From: Chiloscyllium plagiosum
Lineage: Eukaryota
Direction: 5' to 3'
DNA: 20,000 bases
NCBI RefSeq assembly: GCF_004010195.1
Contig: NC_057711.1
Span: 72,061,730-72,081,729 of the forward strand
Shown here: in pieces, positions 1 through 9,356 of the stretch
How the letters are laid out: each line of letters starts with the position of its first letter
Position numbering within the stretch: position 1 is the stretch's first letter
The notes under the pieces: generated by a model
Told to the model about the DNA's origin: nothing
Seen by the model: the letters and a program-made list of their open reading frames with translations, nothing else
The model's database searches: none
Program-made: the position numbers and the translations under genes

Positions 1-40
1 CCACACTGTAATGTAATCTAATCTAAATCTAATCTAAATC
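1..40 (+). mobile_element. 3' tail of an HE1-type shark SINE, truncated by the window edge
   Basis: ccacactgta followed by (aatct/aaatct)n repeats. It matches the tail of the copy at 3327-3647 (reverse strand tgtagggaatctaatcta). Confidence 0.75.
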
Positions 41-242
41 AGCCGAGGCAGCGTGGTAAGTCCTAATTAGCAGGAGGTTTCCTTGCTCATGTATGATGTA
101 ATGCCTTGATTTAATGGGGGTGACAGTCAATGCAAAAGAGCCCCAGTTGTACTCCTTCCTGACTGTATTTCACTGTGTTGACACCGCTAGTGGGCCATCC
201 TACTAGGTGGGATAGGATAAACAGAGGGATGATGATGGAGAA

Positions 243-330
243 TAAAAACAAAACTAGCTGGGTACACTCACCTGGGACTGGTGTCTCTGTGGAGAGAGAG
301 AAGCAGAATGAAGATTTCCAGTCCATTCAG
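243..330 (-). mobile_element. Highly decayed PLE-derived short repeat, probably continuing at ~667-715 after the SINE
   Basis: aaaaac..gctgg..actc..ctgg..tctgtggagaga..aagcaga..tttccagtcc resembles PLE pLTR ends. The sequence cttttcagag..caagcatct follows the SINE. Confidence 0.4.
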
Positions 331-332
331 AT

Positions 333-666
333 GGTGGTGATGGCTTAGTGGTATTATCACTGAACTGTTAACCCAGGGACCCAGGTAATGTTCTAGGGAT
401 CTGGCTTCAAATCCAGCCATAGCAAATATCTGGAATTACGAGTGTAACAATGACGGTGAATTCATTGCCAATTGTTTGAAAACCCCATTCTGGTTTACTA
501 ATGTGCTTTAGGGCAGAAAGCTGTCATCTTTACCTGGTCTAGCCTACATGTGACTCCGGACCCACAACAATGTGGTTGACTCTTAACTGCCTTCAGGTCA
601 ATTAGGGTTGGGCAATAAATGCTGCCCTACCCAACAATGCCCTCATCCTGTAAGTGAATTTGAAAA
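333..666 (+). mobile_element. tRNA-derived SINE with Meta-domain-like core and LINE-derived tail
   Basis: A box tggcttagtgg (341-351) and B box ggcttcaaatcc (403-414). Core ctggtttactaatgtgctttagggcagaaa..tacctggtctagcctacatgtgactccggac. Tail attagggttgggcaataaatgc..catcc..gaat is shared with the LINE end at ~8187-8250. Confidence 0.75.
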
Positions 667-944
667 GTCTCTTTTCAGAGGATTTTGTGTAATTTCAAGC
701 ATCTCTGGCATCTCAAGTCTCATAAGGTAATGGTAGATTCTGGGATGTTGTTTGGTATGAATGTGTTCGTGAGTATGACAATTTCAGATTGTACTTGTGT
801 AATCTGTGGTACACCTTCCCAATTTTAGTACAAATTCCCATGAAGAGAACTTTTGTAGGCTCAACTGATTGTTGTTGGGTCCAAATCTGATGCCTAGGAC
901 AATTTTAATTATTAAGTTAAATCCTTTACTTTCCATATGATAGC

Positions 945-1096
945 TGAAAATGTGCTGCTGGAAAAGAAATTCCTGAAGAAGGGCTCATGCCCAAAACATC
1001 GATTCTCCTGCTCCTTGGATGCTGCCTGACCTGCTGCGCTTTTCCAGCAACACATTTGCAGCTCTGATCTCCAGCATCTGCAGTCCTCACTTTCTC
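945..1096 (+). mobile_element. Miniature Penelope-like insertion: short inverted piece plus pLTR/hammerhead unit and tail
   Basis: 16-bp TSD ctttccatatgatagc at 929-944 and 1097-1112. Segment 945-966 is an inverted copy of ~1039-1060. Same family as 8448-8652. Confidence 0.88.
969..1004 (+). ncRNA. Degenerate minimal type I hammerhead ribozyme motif, probably inactive
   Basis: CTGAAGA-a-GGGC-tcat-GCCC-aAAAC-ATC. The conserved GAAA has become AAAA and GUC has become AUC, both consistent with CpG decay. Confidence 0.7.
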
Positions 1097-2744
1097 CTTT
1101 CCATATGATAGCCTAGATAACAAATTTTCTGGTAAACACAGCATCAGAGCAATTAAATGTGTTGATTTGGGAGTTGCTCAAAAGAACACAAAGAATGGGG
1201 GAGCTTTTAGTATTTGCTATTCATATATAAGAAGCTTTTCTTTAAAATTAAAAAACAACTTTAACCTTCGGATATTCTCCTTCCATTATCACATAAACAC
1301 CAAATTCCGTGCTTGACAAATGATATGAAGTAACCATCTTTGTGTTTACTCGGCTAACCAAGCCTATTCATGTTGCATGTTGACATTGAGACCACACATG
1401 AAATGGTGACTCCCTTCACCCGCTCCACCACTACCACCATGTATGCTCTGGAAAGACAGACAGCAACTCAGAGAAGTCTGAGCCATTATCTCTACTTTAA
1501 AAAGTAACTGATACCTGATAATACAATGACCTAAAAATGTACAATCACATGCAATAAATAGAATTCCTTTCTTTTGAACAGCAGACAAAATATGTGATTA
1601 TCACTGAAGCTTTGTAAAGTTAATTATGCTTGGCTGCAAGGCTGCTACAGAAAAACCTGTTTCATCCTTGACCAAATTATCTCTACAGCATTTGAAACCT
1701 CAAGTTTTGCCAGGAGACTTGGTCCCGCGGGCCACCAATTATCTGCTATCAGCTCGCAGATCTGTGAACTGTAGTTGATTTTTTTTCATTTAAGAGCAAT
1801 GATGCTATCATTTGCTTGGAGCTGTCCGGCATTTTTAAATGTTTCTCAGCAGGCAAGTGATATCTTGTTGTTGACATGGTGAAACGAAAGAAGGAAAGGT
1901 ACCTGGGTTACGCAGAGTTCAGCTCTTACAATATGTTTCCTTCTGATTTGAAATAGATTTTGATTGTAATTCTGTTCTTTTAAGAAGAAACAGTTATCCT
2001 GTTGCAAAGTGTTATTATAATATAGCAGTTGTTGTCTGGAGTTAATACATTAACTACTGGCTGCGCATGCCTAATTAGTAATCCAGATGTGGATAACTGC
2101 ACTTCTGATGAGTAAATAAAAATGAGTAATAGACATTGCCCTTGGACATGTGACCTTAATATTTATACTCATATGGTGAATACGTTTATACTTTAGCTAT
2201 TTTCTATGTTTACTGGTAAAATTGGAGAAGGGGAAGTGTGTGTTCTTTGATCATGTAATGCTTTCTATCCTTCTTTTATGAATGACCGTAGTAAAAAATA
2301 CACTTATACAGTGCAAATATGTTAATGTTTATTGCACGAAAATGTGTGCATGTGACAAAAATAGTTCTTAATCAGAGATTTGACAACATTGATCTTGAAT
2401 TATATCTTGCTAGGTATTACAGAAGTGTCCAATTTACAGTGTGATATGTTTGAGGAACTTGTATTTTTTTCAGAGTAATATGACTTCCATGCTGTAATGG
2501 TGGACAATATTCCTCTTAACTGAATAGTGTTCAGATTTAGCTTTACACCGTTTGATAATTTTTTGAACACTGAGAAGGTTTAGAAGAGGACAATGAATCA
2601 GTAGTCAATGTGAATAAAACTGTGAATAAAGACACCAGCTGTTGATCGCCTATTTTATACTATCGTGCAAAGTCAAAATTGGGTCCTTATCTTTGGATTT
2701 AAATATTTTTCTTTCATATATTAAAAGCAACTGTCACATATATC

Positions 2745-2850
2745 GTTTACCTCTACTGCAACAGTCCCTGTATTTCAAAATGATTCACTGTATGTGAAGT
2801 ACTGTATAACATTTCTAAGCCAAGTGTCATAAAAATGCAAGTTTGTTCTT
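2745..2850 (+). mobile_element. Old SINE 3' end with L2-type tail
   Basis: caacagt..tatttcaaaa..ttcactg..tgaagtactg..ataaaaatgcaagtttgttctt resembles L2-partner SINE tails. Strongly diverged. Confidence 0.4.
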
Positions 2851-3326
2851 ACTTTCTACTCAGCCAAAAGCATGTTAATAAGAACAAGGATAGGACATAT
2901 TTGGACTACAATAACCATCTATGTTTGTGGGAAATGGCTATTGTGAAATATTTTTATTAAATACATTATTGCAGATGAGACTACATTTAAAGGCTTAGTG
3001 TCACAGCTGTTCAGTTGTAAGAAGGTAGGGAAATTGCATAATTAGGTTGTGCAGAAGACAATTTGTGTTTAGGCATGTTCTAAATTCCTGTTTTTCCAAA
3101 GAGCACAAAGAACTGACACACATGAAAAGATCCTAGTACATTTGCCCTGGCATCAAGGAAAACAAGTTTCTGTTTGAAGCTATTAATAAGCAATTGAAAA
3201 TTGCTTGTATCTTTTTCATGAAACCTAATGCTTGGTTCATTTCTGCTTAAACTGAGAAAAACTTTAGGTGTTACTGTTCAACTATACTGTTTTCCCATTG
3301 ACCCAGCTATGAACTGATGTTTTGAA

Positions 3327-3647
3327 TAGATTAGATTCCCTACATATAGAAACAGGCCCTTCGGCCCAACAAGTCCACATCAATCCTCCGAAGAGCAATC
3401 CACCCAGACCCATTCCCCTACCCTATATTTTACCCGACTAATGCACCTAACACTATGGATAATTTAGCATGGCCAGTTCACCCGACCTGCACATCTTTGG
3501 ATTGTGGGAGGAAACTGGAGCACCCGGAGGAAACCCGCACAGACACTGGGAGAATATGCAAACTCTGCACAGACAGTCGCCCGAGGCGGAAATTGAATCT
3601 GGGTCCCTGGCGCTATGAGGCAGCAATGCTAACCACTGAGCCACCAT
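3327..3647 (-). mobile_element. HE1-type SINE (V-SINE superfamily), near full length
   Basis: On the reverse strand: tRNA-like head ggtggctcagtggttagca..gacccagattcaatt, V-domain-like gtgcgggtttcctccgggtgctccagtttcctcccaca, and CR1-derived tail gggccgaagggcctgtttc..aatctaatcta. Confidence 0.9.
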
Positions 3648-4613
3648 TTTCTTTTTGCAATTTATTGTTCTCTGCTGTAATACTCTTGATTATGCTCTTG
3701 TTATGCATTATCAATGTAGAACTTTCATACTGAAAATATAGATCTAAAGTCAACCAGAAAATTGTGATAGGTCAACTGAAAGTGCATTTCAACAGTTACC
3801 TGGAACTGGTTACACCTGAACTTATCTGATATAGTTTAACAACCATTAAGGAATTCTCAGATAGATCAAAGAACCATTCCTGCACTCAGTTTATTCTGTT
3901 GGTATCATTCTATTTCAGAGAAATGAGGTGGTTTTAAAAGAGTGATGCTCACAGGAACTGTGGGATTGCCTACTGAAATCACATTGTCTAGTTCAACAAT
4001 CAAGGTCACAGTTTTCATATACTGTACTTAATACACTGCAGTTTTTAATCAGGATGCATACAAAATCTCATTCCAAGAGACTGAGTAGTGAGAATGACAT
4101 TCAATGAATTAGCCTTCCTAGCTGGCAACATAAGACTGCAACATTTATCAGTTATATTCTTGGGAAAGGGTTTATAGTAGCATTCCTCCTCACAGTAATA
4201 AAAGCTGTTAGCTTGGATTATTTATGAAAGGTTAGTGATAAGTGCCATGAGGACAGAATATGCTATCAGGAAATGTTTCTTTGTAAAGATAAGAAATGGG
4301 TCACATGTAAGGCCATAGAATGAGAGAAAGCATTTATTTAAGGTTACTAGACATGAGAAAAGCAAACAAAATACAACAGTTGTGTGTGTGGTACTGGAAG
4401 AGGTTCTGTTGGAGAACAGATATTATTGGAGCTGTTACTGTGTTCTGGTTGGCAAAAACAAAGCATAAACTCAATGTTAATGGAAACTATTCTGAGCCTC
4501 ATTATAGCCCTGTGGTTTTAATCCACCAAGTGCTTGTGAAGAACTGAGTTTAATCTAGCTTGAAGTGGTTTATGTCAGTTATATTTTAATTAATAAAAGG
4601 TCACTATACTGGT

Positions 4614-4840
4614 TGTATTGCGGTCAGTCAGATGGGCCTCATAGAATATAAGTTCCCTGATTGGGACTGTTAACCTGATCCAATCAGGGAGCCCTGGCTG
4701 ACAGATAAGAACAGGAGTGTCAGAGATTCTGTTCACTCCGAGAGCTAGCTCTGAGGGAGCTGGATCAGTTTCAAGGACTCTCCATGTGTAAATAAAGGGT
4801 GACTTGGTGATGGGATATCAGCGTCTGTGGAGTTAGTTCA
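4614..4840 (+). mobile_element. Short solo LTR-like element (~227 bp)
   Basis: TG...CA termini, inverted CCAAT boxes (4654-4664 and 4680-4690), a TATA-like gataaga and AATAAA at 4791-4796. No clear TSD. Confidence 0.6.
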
Positions 4841-5839
4841 GTCATCAGCCATATGTTAATGCCTCAGTTTGGTAGGTATAAGCTCAGGGTGAAAAAAATA
4901 CTTCAGTTTATCAACAAACATTGGGAAAGGCCTATGTTTGAACAAGGAACTTAAAATTGAAGTGAAGAAGATAAATCCAAATATACTTGCTTTGTATGGA
5001 CAGTTATATTGGCGTAGGATACAAAATAATATATTGAATGCAGCCTTATAAACTTTTCACTAAAACTTTGTTGATAGGCCCATGTCTTTTATAATAGTGT
5101 TGTAAAACATGTTATTAGGCCACATTTGGTGTTCTAGACTGAACTGTGAATGGATAAAACTCTGGAATAAACTGTTGAATAAAGGTTGATAGACCATTTC
5201 AGCCCAAATTATTTCCTCTTGTCCCGAGAATGTGTTGGCTCATGCCGAGGTATGATTGCGCAAACGGAACAGCCTTATGGTTTCAGTGTGCTTTATTCCC
5301 TGTGCGAATATCACATATCAGTATCAGAAAGCCTAGTTTGTTCTCACCCATCACTCACACTCATCACCGTACTGGCATTGGATGGCCATCAAGAGAGGGA
5401 AAGGCTTACTGAATTGTATTTATCCCAACCAAGAGGTAGCTGAGGTCAATTATTATATTCTCATTGTAATGCAAAATGAGATCAATCACATCACCCCAAA
5501 CTCGAAGTAGATCACAGAACATACGTGATCTCCATGATTCAGTACCACACCAGATAATAGACCTAGTCACGTGAAGCAAAAAAATCAACTTCTCTAGAGT
5601 ATTCCCAGTTCTTCAGCATGGTTTTTGCAACCAATATGAATGTGGAATTACAGTCATTTGAATCATTTGCCAGTTCAAAAAACAGATTATTTTATGCTGG
5701 TAAGCTGTGAAAGTCATTGACATTAGAGGAATAAAATGAACTCCTCATTCGTCCTTTACAGTACTAGAAGTTTGTGAGAAGATTTGTAGCTCGGGTGCTC
5801 GTTGTTGTGGTTCTGTTCGCCGAGCTGGGAATTTGTGTT

Positions 5840-5879
5840 GCAGATGTTTCGTCCCCTGTCTAGGTGACATCCTCAGTGC
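5840..5879 (-). ncRNA. Minimal hammerhead motif, left arm (helix III mutated)
   Basis: Reverse strand gca-CTGAGGA-t-gtcacct-agac-aggggac-GAAAC-ATC-tgc. The palindromic acgt has become acat. Confidence 0.65.
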
Positions 5880-6332
5880 TTGGGAGCCTCTTGTGAAGCG
5901 CTTCTGTGATGTTTCCTCCGGCATTTATAGTGGTTTGTCTCTGCCGCTTCCGGTTGTCAGTTCCAGCTGTCCGCTGCAGTGGTCGGTATATTTGGTCCAG
6001 GTCGATGTGCTTATTGATTGAATCTGTGGATGAGTGCCATGCCTTTGGGAATTCCCTGGCTGTTCTCTGTTTGGCTTGTCCTATAATAGTAGTATTGTTC
6101 CAGTCGACCTCATGTTGCTTGTCATCTGCATGTGTGGCTACTAAGGATAGAAGGTCGTGTCGTTTCATGGCTAGTTGGTGTTCATGGATGCGGATCGTTA
6201 GCTGTCTTCCTGTTTGTCCTATGTAGTATTTTGTGCAGTCCTTGCATGGAATTTTGTACACTACATTGGTTTTGCTCATGCTGGGTATCGGGTCCTTCAT
6301 TCTAGTGAGTTGTTGTTGTCTGAGAGTGGCTG
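5860..6332 (-). pseudogene. PLE GIY-YIG endonuclease C-terminal fragment (left arm)
   Basis: NVVYKIPCKDCTKYYIGQTGRQLTIRIHEH..AREFPKAW..SIN contains the VVY/YIG motifs and a CxxC typical of PLE endonucleases. It is 5'-truncated. Confidence 0.88.
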
Positions 6333-6890
6333 AGAGAGCCACACTACCATACATCAAGGGCATTTCCGAACTGACAGCCAGACTACTGCGACCACTAGTA
6401 CTCATAACAGCACACAAACCAACAGCCACTCTCAGATAACAACTCACTAAAACGAAGGACCCGATATCCAGCATGAGCAAAATCGATGTAGTGTACAAAA
6501 TCCCATGCAAGGACTGCACAAAACACTACATAGGACAAACAGGAAGACAGCTAACGATCCGCATCCATGAACACCAACTAGCCACGAAACGACACGACCA
6601 GCTATCCTTGGTAACCACACACGCAAATGACAAGCAACATGAATTCGACTGGGACAACACTATATTATAGGACAAGCCAAACAGAGACCAGCCAGGGAAT
6701 TCCCAGAGGCATGGCACTCATCCACAGATTCAATCAATAAGCACATCGACCTGGACCAAATACACCGACCACTGCAGCGGACAGCTGGAACTGACAACCG
6801 GAAGCGGCAGAGACAAACCACTATAAATGCCGGAGGAAACATCACATAAGCGCTTCACAGGAGGCTCCCAAGCACTGAGGATGTCACCTA
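6333..6890 (+). pseudogene. PLE linker plus GIY-YIG endonuclease fragment (right arm), disrupted
   Basis: ATLPYIKGISELTARLLRPL..AHKPTATLR, a stop at 6437-6439, then DVVYKIPCKDCTKHYIGQTGR, and a 1-bp deletion frameshift near 6662. Confidence 0.88.
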
Positions 6891-6911
6891 GACAGGGGAC
6901 GAAACGTCTGC
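6872..6911 (+). ncRNA. Minimal type I hammerhead ribozyme motif, right arm (core intact)
   Basis: gca-CTGAGGA-t-gtcacct-agac-aggggac-GAAAC-GTC-tgc. It has the CUGANGA and GAAA core, stem II with one mismatch, a loopless palindromic helix III (acgt), a GUC cleavage triplet and a 3-bp stem I. Confidence 0.8.
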
Positions 6912-7488
6912 AACACAAATTCCCAGCTTGGCGAACAGAACCACAACAGTACTAGAAGTATCAGAGAAATGCAATTAAAATGGAGAAAGCACAATGAAGC
7001 AGCAATAAATAGCTCAAGAGCTGGAGAATGTTGCAGGAACCAATTTTAAAAAAACATTCACTGAAAGACAAATGAAGAAACCTACACAGCAGCAGAAACC
7101 TGAAAAACATGAAAGATCTGAAGCAGCAATCAAAAGTGCAATAATAAATTGTGGTGTCAATACTGTAGTCATTGGGCTAATTACATTGCTGTTACAAATC
7201 CCCAGCCATTTTTCATCAAAATACCTTTACGAAAACTGAATACATTCAGTGTAGTCTTAATAGAAGCAGTGGATTTGATCACCAGCTGTTTATCTTCAGG
7301 ACTAGCAATGAATGGTTGAGGAACCTATAAAAATGTTCTATTATTTTCCATTCCAACTTGTTGTTGCCCAATGTAACAACACTTCTCTTGTGTTTACAAA
7401 TTTTCTGATGAATATATGTAAGATAATTAGCTATGATCCATGAGGCACCATAGGCATCGTTCCCTGTTATAGAGAGAAAAATGATGAG

Positions 7489-8252
7489 TGGCTGAAATAT
7501 TTTCAATCATTTTTGGCCAGAGGAGCCAAACAATGACCATCCTTAACAAGAGAGATTCCAACCTTCTCCCTTTGAGATTCAATTGCGTTACCATCACTGA
7601 ATTGCCCCGCCATCAATATTCTGAGGGTTATAATTGGCCAGAAATTAAATTCACCAATATAATGCTGCAGTTACAAAAGCAGGTCAGAGGCTAGGAAATG
7701 TGCAGCTTATTGCTCAAATCATTACTCCCAAAAGCTTGTCCACTATCCACAAGGTGCAAGTCAGGAGTGTGATGGAATGCTCCCCACTGGCCTGGACAGC
7801 AGCAGCTCCAACAGCACTCAAGAAGCTTGACATCATCCAGTCCACTTGACTGACACCATATCAACACATTTGATATCAATATTGATTCCCTATACCATCA
7901 ACATTTGGTGACAGTGGTGTGTACCACGTACAAAGTGCACTATAGCAATCCACAACATCTCCTTCAGAAACAGCTTCCAATCATCTAACCTCTCCCACCC
8001 AGAAGGACAGTTGCAGCAGAAGAATGAGAACACCACAACCTGCATTTTCCTCTTTTAGCCACTTACCCTTGTGACTTGTATATCACTGCTCCTTTGCTGT
8101 TGCTGAGTAAAAATGCTGGAACTCCTTTCCTAAGAGCGCTATGGGTGTACGTTCACCATATTGGCAGCAGTAGATCAACAGGGGCTATTAGGGATGGATA
8201 ATAAATGCTAGTCTGGCCTCCAATAGCCAAGTCCCATGAATGAATCTTTTTT
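7489..8252 (+). mobile_element. CR1/L2-group LINE 3' end (RT C-terminus plus 3' UTR), decayed
   Basis: Degenerate KAGQRLG..PKSLSTIHKVQVRSVMECSPLAWTAAAPTALKKLDIIQ at ~7675-7840. It ends in tagggatggataataaatgc..cccatgaatgaat. Confidence 0.75.
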
Positions 8253-8447
8253 GAAGTGATTATGAAGCTTCAGGGATACCACTCTGCATTAAGTATAGGG
8301 TAAGAAATGCGAGCAGTCCCCCCGTAAACCACCACAGCTGGTACAAAGATTGAGCCTATATTATAGGCGTCATTATACTTGTAGCAACTGATGCCCACTT
8401 TGAAGAATATGCCCCAAATTGTATAAATATGCAGAAAAAGAATACAT

Positions 8448-8652
8448 CTGGAAATGTGTTGCTGGAAAAGCACAGCAGGTCAGGCAGCATCCAGGGAACA
8501 GGAGAATCGACGTTTCGGGCATAAGCCCTTCTTCAGGATTCCTGAAACGTCGATTCTCCTGTTCCCTGGATGCTGCCTGACCTGCTGTGCTTTTCCAGCA
8601 ACACATTTCCAGCTCTGATCTCCAGCATCTGCAGACCTCACTTTCTCCTCCT
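8448..8652. mobile_element. Young miniature palindromic Penelope-like insertion
   Basis: Perfect 69-bp inverted repeat (8448-8516 and 8544-8612), a 40-nt unpaired tail at 8613-8652, and a 15-bp TSD agaaaaagaatacat at 8433-8447 and 8653-8667. Confidence 0.93.
8505..8540 (-). ncRNA. Intact minimal type I hammerhead ribozyme
   Basis: Reverse strand AATC-CTGAAGA-A-GGGC-TTAT-GCCC-GAAAC-GTC-GATT. Stem I AAUC/GAUU and stem II GGGC/GCCC are fully paired and the core is complete. Cleavage is predicted between 8509 and 8508. Confidence 0.87.
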
Positions 8653-8730
8653 AGAAAAAGAATACATGTCATCCATGCATAATTATGGGAGAATAAATGG
8701 TACGTTGTGTTTTTTTACTTAATTATGGAT

Positions 8731-9073
8731 CATGGTGACTCAGTGGTTAGCACTACTGCCTCACAGCACCAGGGACTTGGATTTAATTCACCCTTGGGCG
8801 GGCTGTCTGTGTGGAGTTTGCTCATTCACCCCGTGCCTGTGTGGGTTTACTCCAGGTGCTCTGATTTCCTCTCATAGTCCAAAGATATACACATTAGGTG
8901 GATTGGCCATGTTAGATTGCTCATGGTTTCAAGGTATGTAGAAGACTAGGTGGATTAGCTATGGGAAATGCAGAATTATAGGGATATGGCGGGGGGTGTG
9001 GCATTCTCTTTGAAGGGTGAGTGTGAACTCGATGGGCTGAATGGCCTGCTTCCATACTGTAGGGATTATATGA
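8731..9073 (+). mobile_element. HE1-type SINE, older and more diverged copy
   Basis: Head ggtgactcagtggttagcactactgcctcacagcaccagggac, V-like core gtgggtttactccaggtgctctgatttcctc, tail gatgggctgaatggcctgcttccatactgtagggatt. Confidence 0.87.
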
Positions 9074-9356
9074 TATAAAGCAATCGATACACTATCAAAA
9101 TGTCAAAAGAACAAAGTCCAGATAATGAAACAAAATAGGAATGGGCAATTCGATTCAAGCATGCATATGACATACTGTACACTGTGATAGAAATGACACT
9201 AATAGACATTCTCAAATTATCGATGAGGCTAACCAGACTATCAGTATGACAAAACCTCATTATGTATTCCAAACAAACAGTTTGGTGAAATATGTACGAA
9301 ACGTGGGCAAATATTGATAGCATTTCCAACTGAAAGGTTTATTATCATACCAGTTT

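Larger units (their letters stand above)
41..900 (-). mobile_element. Old CR1/L2-group LINE, AP-endonuclease region, split into ~41-240 and ~722-900 by nested insertions
   Basis: The minus-frame peptide IIIPLFILSH..PTSGVNTVKYSQEGVQLGLFCID (ORF 111-326) resembles the degenerate LINE EN segment TIPGY..HR.DR..RGGG..VY. LINE-like sequence appears to resume after ~722. Confidence 0.55.
5772..6947. mobile_element. Palindromic Penelope-like (Poseidon/Penelope-type) insertion made of two 5'-truncated 3' ends joined head-to-head
   Basis: Arms 5804-6332 and 6423-6947 are ~95% inverted copies with a 90-bp spacer. TSD acagtactagaagt at 5758-5771 and 6946-6959. An unpaired tail occupies 5772-5803. Confidence 0.93.

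Noticed and set aside
333..420. tRNA genes at A/B-box sequences (also 3570-3647, 8731-8800, 10547-10615, 19110-19178)
   Set aside because: They are degenerate SINE heads followed by SINE bodies or tails, and I see no intact cloverleaf.
3453..3733. ORFs beginning MVAQWLALLPHS / MDNLAWP (and MVTQWLALLPHS at 8732)
   Set aside because: They are translations of HE1 SINE copies, not genes.
4320..4547. Short AT-rich ORFs (also 1364-1588, 9066-9329, 10298-10534, 10704-10904, 16997-17254)
   Set aside because: No recognisable domains, and their lengths are in the range expected by chance.
3900..5135. Possible very old CR1 fragments (~3915-3990, ~4290-4450, ~5010-5135)
   Set aside because: The resemblance is too faint to set boundaries or assign a family by eye.
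5860..6519. 219-aa ORF as a functional GIY-YIG nuclease gene
   Set aside because: The frame crosses the palindrome centre, so its first ~60 residues are antisense of the other arm. It is a chimeric artefact of a truncated retroelement.
8448..8612. MITE/DNA transposon or miRNA precursor reading of the hairpin
   Set aside because: The arms are PLE pLTR sequence, the TSD is 15 bp, and a 40-nt tail lies outside the inverted repeat but inside the TSD. This does not fit a TIR element. There is no small-RNA evidence here.
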